A DNA stretch of 51,134 bases from Methanobacteriota archaeon (GTDB lineage: Archaea > Thermoplasmatota > Poseidoniia > MGIII > CG-Epi1), in the NCBI GenBank assembly GCA_029977605.1, contig JAPOKN010000003.1, forward strand, positions 1 to 51,134, read 5' to 3'. Positions 30,554-38,808 of the stretch are shown here, in pieces; position 1 is the stretch's first letter, and the number at the start of each line of letters is the position of its first letter. Position numbers and translations under genes: made by a program. The notes below the pieces were generated by a model. The model made no database searches, had not been told where the DNA came from, and was given only the letters and a program-made list of their open reading frames with translations.

Positions 30554-31843
30554 TCAATCCCAGTGTTCTTCGATTTTTAGACACATACCGGCAGCTACAG
30601 TAGCTCCCATGTCTCTAATTGCAAATCTTGCCAAAGGCTTGAACTTAGATTGTTCTTCAATTGCCAAAGGTTTAGTTGGTTTGATAAGAACCATAGCTGC
30701 ATCTCCTTTCTTTAAGAAGTCAGGGTTCTCTTCAGTAACTTGTCCAGTTCTTGGGTCCATTTTTGCAAGAAGTTTATCGAATGTACATGCAACTTGTGCA
30801 GTGTGACAGTGGAATACTGGAGTGTAACCTTGAGTGATTACATTAGGGTGATCAAGAATCATTACTTGAGCTTTGAATGCACGAGCAACGGTAGGTGGGT
30901 CATTTTCTGGCCCTCCAACATCTCCTCTTCTAATGTCAGTGTGAGAAATACCTCGGCAATTAAATCCGATATTAGCACCAGGTCCAGCGGATGGAACTTC
31001 AGCGTGGTGCATTTCAACAGACTTAACTTCACCAACTTTACCGCCAGGATGAGCTGATGGTTTGAAAATTAGTTTTGTACCTGCTTTAATTGTTCCGGTT
31101 TCGACACGACCTACAGGTACAGCACCGATACCTGATATTTTGTAAACATCTTGTATTGGAATTCTTACACTTGCGTCAGCAGAACCTGATGGTGGATTTA
31201 GTTTATCTAAAGCACCTAGTAAGGTATCTCCTTTCCACCATGAGAGATTGTCTCCGGTTTCCTTGATATTATCGGCTTTCCAACCTGAGGCTGGTAAAAT
31301 GCTAACTTGATCATCTGAGAATCCAACCATTGCTAACATACTCTTTACTTCCTTAACAACTTCGTTGAATCTATCTTCGCTGTATGCAGGTTTTGTAATA
31401 TCCATTTTGTTTACAGATATAATCATCTGTTCAATTCCCATAACTTTTGACAACCATAAGTGCTCTTTAGTTTGGGCTGCAATACCGTCGTCTGCTGCAA
31501 CAACTAACACAGCAGCGTCAGCTTGGGAAGTACCTGTAATCATATTCTTTACGAAATCTCTGTGTCCAGGAGCGTCAATAATGGTGAAATGCTTCGAATC
31601 AGTTTTAAACTCTTTGTGAGCTACATCGATAGTGACACCACGCTCTCTTTCTTCTTTTAGATTATCCATGACATAAGCCAATTCAAAACCAGCTTTTCCG
31701 CGTTCTTCGGCTTCTTTCCTGAATTTATCTATCAAGTGCTGTTCTATAGCACCCCCTTCCAATAGGACTCTACCTACTGTTGTTGACTTACCATGGTCGA
31801 CGTGACCAATGAATACTACGTTCAAATGTTGTTTTTCAGCCAT
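30554..31843 (-). CDS. tuf: Translation elongation factor 1-alpha (aEF-1alpha)
   Basis: 429 aa. GHVDHGKST, DAPGHRDF, NKMD. A strong AGGAGG lies 8 nt upstream of the ATG. Confidence 0.95.
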   Translation of the reverse strand: MAEKQHLNVVFIGHVDHGKSTTVGRVLLEGGAIEQHLIDKFRKEAEERGKAGFELAYVMDNLKEERERGVTIDVAHKEFKTDSKHFTIIDAPGHRDFVKNMITGTSQADAAVLVVAADDGIAAQTKEHLWLSKVMGIEQMIISVNKMDITKPAYSEDRFNEVVKEVKSMLAMVGFSDDQVSILPASGWKADNIKETGDNLSWWKGDTLLGALDKLNPPSGSADASVRIPIQDVYKISGIGAVPVGRVETGTIKAGTKLIFKPSAHPGGKVGEVKSVEMHHAEVPSAGPGANIGFNCRGISHTDIRRGDVGGPENDPPTVARAFKAQVMILDHPNVITQGYTPVFHCHTAQVACTFDKLLAKMDPRTGQVTEENPDFLKKGDAAMVLIKPTKPLAIEEQSKFKPLARFAIRDMGATVAAGMCLKIEEHWD

Positions 31844-31930
31844 TATAATTTCCCTCCTTGGGATTGATATGTCGGCAGGATAGGGGGTAAATAAAGCATT
31901 CCCTCAATTAATCGAGGAATAATTAATATG

Positions 31931-33166
31931 TTATTGAGGTAATATTTTTTTCTCTTCTTTAATAGGTAAATGAATTATGGCTGAAAAAATTCCTATAGCT
32001 ATTCCTACCCACCATACAAAAGTGTATGTTCCGTAATCATCGTACAATACACCTCCTAACCACACACCTACGAAGCTACCTAATTGGTGTGAAAAGAAAA
32101 CGATTCCGTACAACGTGGCCATATATTTTAGGCCATATATATGAGCTACAAGTCCACTTGTTAACGGAACTGTTGCTAACCATAAAAACCCTAAAGCGAA
32201 AGAAAAAATTAACACAGTATTCGCGGTAATGGGCGTCAAGATAAACCAAGCAGATATGATAGATCTTCCGGCGTAAATTCCAGAAAGCAACCATTTTTTT
32301 TTATATTTTTTACCAGCCCATCCAGCAACTAGAGTTCCAATTATGTTAGCAAAACCAATTATTGATATAGATAGTCCGCCCAGTGCAGCAGTTGTAGTAA
32401 TTCCTAAATCTCCGCACCATCCGTAAGATTCAACAGGAGCACTCATTTCCGTAACTAAAGCTGGAAAGTGTGCCGTAATAAATGCCAATTGGTAACCGCA
32501 TGCAAAAAAGCCAATAAAAATCATGGCAAAAGAAGGATCTCTAGATGCAAGTTTCAATATATCACTGAGACTTTCTTCGATTTCGCCTTTGGTAGCCATT
32601 TCAGGCGTCTTCATGAAAGGTAATAGGACTAACACAGACAATATGGATGCAGCAAAAACAATGAAGACCATCTGCCATTCCATTAGAGATAGTAGAGCAA
32701 TGGCTGCAGGCGGTCCTATAATTTGGCCAGCTGAACCAGATGCTGTGGCTATAGACAAACTCATCTGCCTATTATCATCGGAACTTGCTCTGCCTATTAC
32801 TGCAAGAATAACGCCGAACCCAGTTCCAGCAATACCAAAGCCAACTAAGATTTCATATATTTGATGTTCTAAAGGCGTAGTGGCTCCAGCAGACAAAACC
32901 AAACCTAGGGCATAAAGTACTGCACCTAAAATGATGGCTTTTCGGTCTCCCATTCTTTCAGCCATTGCACCAAAAAAAGGACTACCAAACCCCCAAGCTA
33001 GATTTTGAATTGCTATTGCCAAACTAAATTCAGCTCTTGGCCACCCAAATTCATTAGCTATCGGAATTTGAAAAACACCATATGATGCGCGTATGGAAAA
33101 ACCTACAAGGATGATAAAACATCCGGCTAATAAAACAGGAGTTATCAGAGGTTTTTCTTTGCTCAT
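31931..33166 (-). CDS. Major facilitator superfamily transporter (substrate unknown)
   Basis: 411 aa with about 12 hydrophobic helices. An MFS-like loop GAMAERMGDRKAI follows TM2. Confidence 0.75.
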   Translation of the reverse strand: MSKEKPLITPVLLAGCFIILVGFSIRASYGVFQIPIANEFGWPRAEFSLAIAIQNLAWGFGSPFFGAMAERMGDRKAIILGAVLYALGLVLSAGATTPLEHQIYEILVGFGIAGTGFGVILAVIGRASSDDNRQMSLSIATASGSAGQIIGPPAAIALLSLMEWQMVFIVFAASILSVLVLLPFMKTPEMATKGEIEESLSDILKLASRDPSFAMIFIGFFACGYQLAFITAHFPALVTEMSAPVESYGWCGDLGITTTAALGGLSISIIGFANIIGTLVAGWAGKKYKKKWLLSGIYAGRSIISAWFILTPITANTVLIFSFALGFLWLATVPLTSGLVAHIYGLKYMATLYGIVFFSHQLGSFVGVWLGGVLYDDYGTYTFVWWVGIAIGIFSAIIHLPIKEEKKILPQ

Positions 33167-33225
33167 CGTATTAACATGTGGAGTGGACGATTTAAGTTAA
33201 ATAGCTCAGCCACTATTAACGAGGT

Positions 33226-33882
33226 ATGAAGTTTGACATCAAAGGTAATCCTTCTTACGGAGAAGTTGACGTAGAACTAGGTCCTGGGGAAGTATTTTTG
33301 ATAGAGCCCGGAGCAATGTCTAGAATGTCTTCAAATATGAAGTCTAGTTTTCAGAGACAGGGAGGTTTCTTTTCTGCAATATTCCGTAAAATGTTCGGAG
33401 GAGAAAATTTTTTCTTAGGCAAATACAGTCATGAAAATGGTGGTACTCTTACATTTGCACCTTCAATACCTGGCGCAGTTGAGCATTACAATTTATCTAA
33501 TAATCGTTTGAATATAATGGCAGGTTCTTTTCTGGCATGTACACCTGGGGTAAATATCAAAGCTAAATTTGGAGGTCTCAAAGCTTTGTTTTCAGGAGAA
33601 GGAGCCTTTCTTTTAGAGGCCTCAGGTAATGGAGATTTATTTTTCAATTCCTTTGGAGGAATAATTGAGAAAGAGATTAACGGAGAATTTATAGTTGATA
33701 CGGGGCATGTTGTAGGCTTTGAACCTACACTAAATTATAAGATATCAGGAATGGGAAATTGGAAATCAACGATGCTTTCAGGAGAAGGTTTAGTTATGAC
33801 GTTTAACGGCACCGGAAAAATATATTTACAAACAAGGACTATAGATGGTATTGCTTCTTGGCTTACACCGAGGTTAATATGA
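33226..33882 (+). CDS. AIM24 / DUF124 (TIGR00266-like) family protein, paralog 1
   Basis: 218 aa. GPGEVFLIEPGAMSRMS, GGENFFLGKY, LSGEGLVMTFNGTGKIYLQTR. Confidence 0.75.
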   Translation: MKFDIKGNPSYGEVDVELGPGEVFLIEPGAMSRMSSNMKSSFQRQGGFFSAIFRKMFGGENFFLGKYSHENGGTLTFAPSIPGAVEHYNLSNNRLNIMAGSFLACTPGVNIKAKFGGLKALFSGEGAFLLEASGNGDLFFNSFGGIIEKEINGEFIVDTGHVVGFEPTLNYKISGMGNWKSTMLSGEGLVMTFNGTGKIYLQTRTIDGIASWLTPRLI

Positions 33883-34580
33883 ATATAAAAATAGATACTG
33901 AAGGAGCCTTCGGTTCAGCACTTGTAGTTCTAGAACCAGGAGAAAAGTTTGTCTCAGAGGCAGGTGCAATGTATAGGGCATCTCCGAATATGTCTATCGA
34001 GGTTGAATCTCGTAGAAAAAAGGATGAAGGTTTATGGGGTGCTTTCAAATCAGGTGTGAAAGCAATGTTTGCCGGAGAGTCTTTCTTTTTGTCTTCCTAT
34101 CAAACATCAGATAATACAGCTGCAGAAGTAGGTCTTGCTCCAACGCATCAGGGAGAAGTACGAAAAGTAGAAGTTGGTTCAGATACTTGGATATGCTCAG
34201 GCGGGAGTTACCTTGGTTCTTCGGGTGGTATTGATTTGGATACTCAATATCAAGGATTAGTTAAGGGGATGTTTAGTAAAGAAGGTTTAGTCTTCGTAAG
34301 AGCTTCAGGAAAAGGAGACTTACTTGTAAATGGTTTCGGTAGGATTTCTGAGGTTTCTATTGGAAATGGAATAACAATAGATAATGGACATTTGATAGCC
34401 TTTACTGAAGGGCTAGAGTATGAAATAAGTAAGGCCGGCGGGGGTTGGATTTCTTCCATGATGTCAGGCGAAGGGCTAGTTATGAAATTTAGAGGACAAG
34501 GTAAAATATTAGTTCAATCACATGATCCAAGTAGGCTTGGTGGAGCTTTGGGTCCTTTATTGCCACCAAGGGAGAGCTAA
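33879..34580 (+). CDS. AIM24 / DUF124 family protein, paralog 2
   Basis: I prefer ATG 33879 (MNIKIDTEGAFG...), which overlaps paralog 1's stop (ATGA). EPGEKFVSEAGAMYRAS, AGESFFLSSY, MSGEGLVMKFRGQGKILVQSH. Confidence 0.75.
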   Translation: MNIKIDTEGAFGSALVVLEPGEKFVSEAGAMYRASPNMSIEVESRRKKDEGLWGAFKSGVKAMFAGESFFLSSYQTSDNTAAEVGLAPTHQGEVRKVEVGSDTWICSGGSYLGSSGGIDLDTQYQGLVKGMFSKEGLVFVRASGKGDLLVNGFGRISEVSIGNGITIDNGHLIAFTEGLEYEISKAGGGWISSMMSGEGLVMKFRGQGKILVQSHDPSRLGGALGPLLPPRES

Positions 34581-35251
34581 TGAAATACGACATAATCTCA
34601 GCACCTTCATACGCACTTGTTGAAATGTCATTAAATGAGGGTGAGTCAGTTATTGTTGAACCAGGTTCAATGTCTTGGATGGATACTACAATTAAGCCAA
34701 AAACTGAGATGAAAGGAGGTTTTTTCGCAGGTTTGAAGAGAAGAATGGGTGGGGAGTCTTTCTTTCTTAATACTTATACTGCTGAAGGTGGTTCAGGTAA
34801 GATAGGAATTGCACCAGGTTACTCAGGAGATATTATAGTAAAAGAGCTTAATAATGAGACAATTTATATGGAACGTGGCGCCTATCTTTGTCATGTAGGA
34901 AATATTGAAACCAGTGCATCTTGGGAAGGTTTTATGGGCACATTTGCAGAAGGAATGTTAGGTCTTAGGGTAAGTGGAACTGGCTTACTATTCTTTGGTT
35001 CATATGGAGATGTCCAAGAAGTAGATGTTCAAGGTTCCTATACTGTAGATAATGGTTATGCAGTTGCCTGGGAAAGTTCTTTGGATTACAGTATCGGTCG
35101 TTCAGGAAGGAGAATTCGTAGCTTTTTATTTGGAGATCAATTAATTTGTAATTACCATGGGAATGGTAAATTGTGGATACAAACACGAAGCCCTCGTAAT
35201 TTAGCAGCTTGGGTTCATCCCTTCCGACCAGTTCAACAAAATAGTGAATAA
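34580..35251 (+). CDS. AIM24 / DUF124 family protein, paralog 3
   Basis: 223 aa. The ATG overlaps paralog 2's stop (TAATG). EGESVIVEPGSMSWMD, GGESFFLNTY, and a degenerate C-terminal motif FGDQLICNYHGNGKLWIQTR. Confidence 0.75.
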   Translation: MKYDIISAPSYALVEMSLNEGESVIVEPGSMSWMDTTIKPKTEMKGGFFAGLKRRMGGESFFLNTYTAEGGSGKIGIAPGYSGDIIVKELNNETIYMERGAYLCHVGNIETSASWEGFMGTFAEGMLGLRVSGTGLLFFGSYGDVQEVDVQGSYTVDNGYAVAWESSLDYSIGRSGRRIRSFLFGDQLICNYHGNGKLWIQTRSPRNLAAWVHPFRPVQQNSE

Positions 35252-35261
35252 TGTTTCAATC

Positions 35262-37457
35262 TTAAGAGAAATTTTCAGGCCTTGGCATTTCAGCTTTCAA
35301 GCCTTTTCGTTGTCTGATGTCTTCAGTAATTCCGTCAATTAATTCTCTAGGTAATGCTTCGTAACCTGCAAACTCAGTACTCCATAGCGCTCTACCTCCA
35401 GTAGCCGATCGAATTTCACTTGCAAATCCAAACATTTCCTTGACAGGAGCTTTAGCAGTAATTATGGCCATATCGCCTTCAGTTTCCATGCCTGCAATTT
35501 CAGCACGTCTTTGTGACATTTCACCAGTTACAGATCCCATTAACTCTTGAGGAACGTTAATGTAAACATTTTGTTTTGGTTCTAACAATGCAACACCCGC
35601 AGAAACAAGAGCCCCATTAATTCCATTTCTTACAGCAGGAATAGTTTGTGCAGGTCCTCTATGAATAGCATCCTCATGCAGTTTAGCATCATTCAAGATA
35701 ATTTTTACCCCCATCATTTTTTCATGCGCTCGAGGTCCTCTCTTCACAACTTCGTTGAAAGCTTCAATTAACAACTCTCTAGTTTCGAACAAATTCTGAA
35801 TACCTTTTGTTGCATCAACAAAAACGCAACCATTTTCTATGCACAGAACACCACGGCCGTGGACTTTTGTCCATCCCATGTCTATTAATTGTCGTGCAAC
35901 TTCCTTTGATTTTTTAATATTACCAGAAGGTATCGTTCCATCTACAATAGCTTCTCTAACATCATCTTCTAGCGGCTCTACTGTAATGTAGAAACGGTTG
36001 TGTTTGTTAGGTGATTTACCCTCAAAGTCCCCAGGAGACTGCATTGCTACAGTTTCTCTGTAAACAACAATAGGTGGTGAAGTAGTAATTTCAACCCCGT
36101 GTTCATTTTTAATTCTATATTCTGTAATTTCCAAATGTAATTCACCCATTCCAGACATTAAATGTTCTCCAGTTTCTAAATTACTGTCAATTTGAATGGA
36201 AGGATCTGATTTAGCTACAGCTCGAAGAACTTCAACAAGTTTAGGAAGATCTTTAGTGTGTTTAGCTTCTATTGCAGTAGTTACAACTGGATCAGAATTA
36301 TGTACGATTCTTTCAAATGGCGTCATTTCCTTATTAGATGAAATAGTTGAACCGGACTGAGCATCTCTTAATCCAGAAACTGCAATGATGTTTCCTGCAG
36401 TTACAGTCTCAGTTGCAATACGATCACCGCCGACAAACATACCTACAGATTGTACTCTGTTTGCGTTTGGCATACCTGCAACATACATTTGATCACCTTT
36501 TTTGATAGAACCTGAGAACAAGCGACCAACTGCAATTTCTCCCGCATGTGGGTCTAATACAACTTTGGTAACCATGAAAGCCGAGTCGCCTTTCCCATCA
36601 GCATTTACCATAGCTTGTCCAATATCTTCTTCAGCTTCACCTCTCCAGATGTGAGGGATACGATATTTTTGAGCGTCATCTGCAGATGGTAATTTTTCTA
36701 CAATCATGTCTAATAATACTTCATGCAAAGGAGCAGCTTGTGCTAGTTCTCTTTTCTGCTCTTTTTCCATAAATTCATAAATTTGCTTGAAATTAACATT
36801 CTTTTTAGCCATGAATGGCAAAGATGTTGCCCAATTGTGATATGCGGAACCAAAAGCAACAGTACCTGCCTGAGCATCAACCATCCACTCTTTTTTGAAT
36901 TCTTCTGGAACCATTCGACTAATTAATTTATTAACTTCAGTAATTATTTTCCCAAATCTTTGCATCATGTCTTCAGGAGTCACTTGTAACTCAGCAATTA
37001 AACGGTCTACTTTGTTTATGAACAAAACAGGTTTAACTTTTTCTTTTAGAGCTTGTCTAATGACAGTTTCAGTTTGAGGCATTATTCCTTCGACAGCACA
37101 AACAACAATAATCACACCATCAAGAGCTCTCATTGCTCTTGTAACGTCACCGCCAAAGTCAACGTGACCTGGGGTATCGATCAAATTGATTAGATAATCT
37201 TCACCTTTGTGCTCGTGAACCATAGATGCATTAGCTGCATTGATTGTAATTCCTCTAGCAGATTCTTGTTCATCAAAATCTAGCATTAATTGTTTTCCAG
37301 CTAAATCTTCAGACATCATTCCTGCTCCGAAGATTAAGTTGTCAGATAATGTTGTTTTACCATGATCAATATGTGCGGCAGTACCTATGTTTCTTATTTG
37401 TCCTAGCTTTGTAAATAAAGCAGTTGCCCGCTTTATGTTGTCTTCTTTACGGCCCAT
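35262..37457 (-). CDS. fusA: Translation elongation factor 2 (aEF-2)
   Basis: 731 aa. AHIDHGKTT, DTPGHVDF, NKVDR, and the diphthamide-loop motif EDAIHRGPAQ. Confidence 0.95.
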   Translation of the reverse strand: MGRKEDNIKRATALFTKLGQIRNIGTAAHIDHGKTTLSDNLIFGAGMMSEDLAGKQLMLDFDEQESARGITINAANASMVHEHKGEDYLINLIDTPGHVDFGGDVTRAMRALDGVIIVVCAVEGIMPQTETVIRQALKEKVKPVLFINKVDRLIAELQVTPEDMMQRFGKIITEVNKLISRMVPEEFKKEWMVDAQAGTVAFGSAYHNWATSLPFMAKKNVNFKQIYEFMEKEQKRELAQAAPLHEVLLDMIVEKLPSADDAQKYRIPHIWRGEAEEDIGQAMVNADGKGDSAFMVTKVVLDPHAGEIAVGRLFSGSIKKGDQMYVAGMPNANRVQSVGMFVGGDRIATETVTAGNIIAVSGLRDAQSGSTISSNKEMTPFERIVHNSDPVVTTAIEAKHTKDLPKLVEVLRAVAKSDPSIQIDSNLETGEHLMSGMGELHLEITEYRIKNEHGVEITTSPPIVVYRETVAMQSPGDFEGKSPNKHNRFYITVEPLEDDVREAIVDGTIPSGNIKKSKEVARQLIDMGWTKVHGRGVLCIENGCVFVDATKGIQNLFETRELLIEAFNEVVKRGPRAHEKMMGVKIILNDAKLHEDAIHRGPAQTIPAVRNGINGALVSAGVALLEPKQNVYINVPQELMGSVTGEMSQRRAEIAGMETEGDMAIITAKAPVKEMFGFASEIRSATGGRALWSTEFAGYEALPRELIDGITEDIRQRKGLKAEMPRPENFS

Positions 37458-37468
37458 TTTTTTTCACT

Positions 37469-38104
37469 TTAGTTGTGTGCAGCTTCAGCTTGACGCTCAA
37501 CTTCTTCCTTTTTACCAATAGCATAAGAATCAGGATTAGCTTCAGAAGCTAGCATAATTTCTTTTGCAAGAGCTTTTTCAATTGAGCGTTGTTTTTTTGA
37601 TGAACTTAAAGCACCGATACATAGATTTCGGATAGCAGTGTCAATTCTCCTTGTCGGAGAAACATCTACACCGCTGTATACCCTTATTCCACCATATCTT
37701 AGAGAAACTACTTCAGCTCTCGGAGCTGAATTCTCAAGTGCTTTAACCATGTGTTGTGCAGGATTGTCTTTTTTCTTTTCATGAATAAGTTCAAACGAAT
37801 TCTTCAAAACAGAATATGCTTGAGCTTTTTTACCAGTATATTTTTCGGATCTCATTAAGTTATTAATTATCCTTTCAATGACTGTTAAGTTTCTTTTTCC
37901 AAATCTTTTCTTAGAATGCCTTCCCCCAGTATGTGGAACTTGAAATGCATTCAAATTTATATGGCGCTCTAAGGTTTTGTCTTCAACATCTACTTCTGTT
38001 AAGTCCCATTTACCAAATAGTGGAACTACAGGTAGTTCCACTTCCGGCTCTTCGGCCTTGGTTTCGGTAGCCTCTTCGTTATTAATTTCTTTATCTTCAG
38101 CCAT
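37469..38104 (-). CDS. rps7: 30S ribosomal protein S7 (uS7) with an acidic N-terminal extension
   Basis: 211 aa. Archaeal uS7 pattern (...RLINNLMRSEKYTGKKAQAYSVLKNSFELI...), positioned between rps12 and EF-2. Confidence 0.9.
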   Translation of the reverse strand: MAEDKEINNEEATETKAEEPEVELPVVPLFGKWDLTEVDVEDKTLERHINLNAFQVPHTGGRHSKKRFGKRNLTVIERIINNLMRSEKYTGKKAQAYSVLKNSFELIHEKKKDNPAQHMVKALENSAPRAEVVSLRYGGIRVYSGVDVSPTRRIDTAIRNLCIGALSSSKKQRSIEKALAKEIMLASEANPDSYAIGKKEEVERQAEAAHN

Positions 38105-38109
38105 ATAAT

Positions 38110-38538
38110 TTACCTAATTGGTTTCTCTTTTCTTCCACGGACCATTTCTTTCAATGAAACATTATTTACTTTTGCAACTCTGTAACGTACACCAGATAAA
38201 TCTCCATATGATCTTCCCATTCTTCCACCGACACCTTCGATTACAACTTCATCATGTTCATCAATGAAACTTATAGCGAGGTTGCCTGGAGCTAGAGCGG
38301 TTACTTGTCTGCCATTTTTAATTAATTGAACTCTTACACATTTTCGAATACCAGAGTTAGGCTGTTTTGCTTCCACACCTACCTTTTCTACAACTATACC
38401 CTTTGCTTGAGGTGCACCTTGTAGAGGGTCAGCCTTTTCTTTGAGCTTCATAGCTCTCTTACGATAGTATCTATCGTTCCAACGATGTTTTTGTCTTTTG
38501 TTACGTTGTGCTGATGCTGTGTAAAGACCTTTTGCCAC
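38110..38538 (-). CDS. rps12: 30S ribosomal protein S12 (uS12)
   Basis: 142 aa. ...[43 protein letters not shown]... Confidence 0.93.
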   Translation of the reverse strand: MAKGLYTASAQRNKRQKHRWNDRYYRKRAMKLKEKADPLQGAPQAKGIVVEKVGVEAKQPNSGIRKCVRVQLIKNGRQVTALAPGNLAISFIDEHDEVVIEGVGGRMGRSYGDLSGVRYRVAKVNNVSLKEMVRGRKEKPIR

Positions 38539-38672
38539 TTACATATCTCCTTCTCAATGAATCGAGGTTTCAGCCGACAAGAGGCCCATATATATACTGT
38601 TCGGCATTTTTTTTAAAAAATGTGAAAAGTTGGGGTAAAGCCTTTTTTTAGAGTAGTCCGAAAGGGTTTCGA

Positions 38673-38749
38673 GCCACCGTAGCTTAGCCCGGTTGAGCGG
38701 CTGACTTGTAATCAGCAGGCCGAGGGTTCAAATCCCTCCGGTGGCTCCA
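38673..38749 (+). tRNA. tRNA-Thr (anticodon UGU), CCA encoded
   Basis: GCCACCG-TA-GCTT-AGCCCGGTT-GAGC-G-GCTGA-CTTGTAA-TCAGC-AGGCC-GAGGG-TTCAAAT-CCCTC-CGGTGGC-T-CCA. Confidence 0.9.
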
Positions 38750-38808
38750 AGCATTTGTATTTATTTAGCAGCATTTAGTTGTATACTACAGGAAAAAACC
38801 CCTAATTC

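Noticed and set aside
32026-32294. Two overlapping 67-72-aa ORFs on both strands inside the MFS gene
   Set aside because: They are contained in the continuous 411-aa MFS reading frame, which shows consistent TM periodicity. There is no evidence for a disruption or a nested gene.
38570-38625. Imperfect hairpin (GCCGACA...TGTTCGGC) followed by T8A6 between rps12 and tRNA-Thr
   Set aside because: It lies in a divergent promoter region with no upstream gene on either strand to terminate. The stem is imperfect and encloses a TATATATA that is more simply read as the rps12 and/or tRNA promoter, so it is too ambiguous to call.
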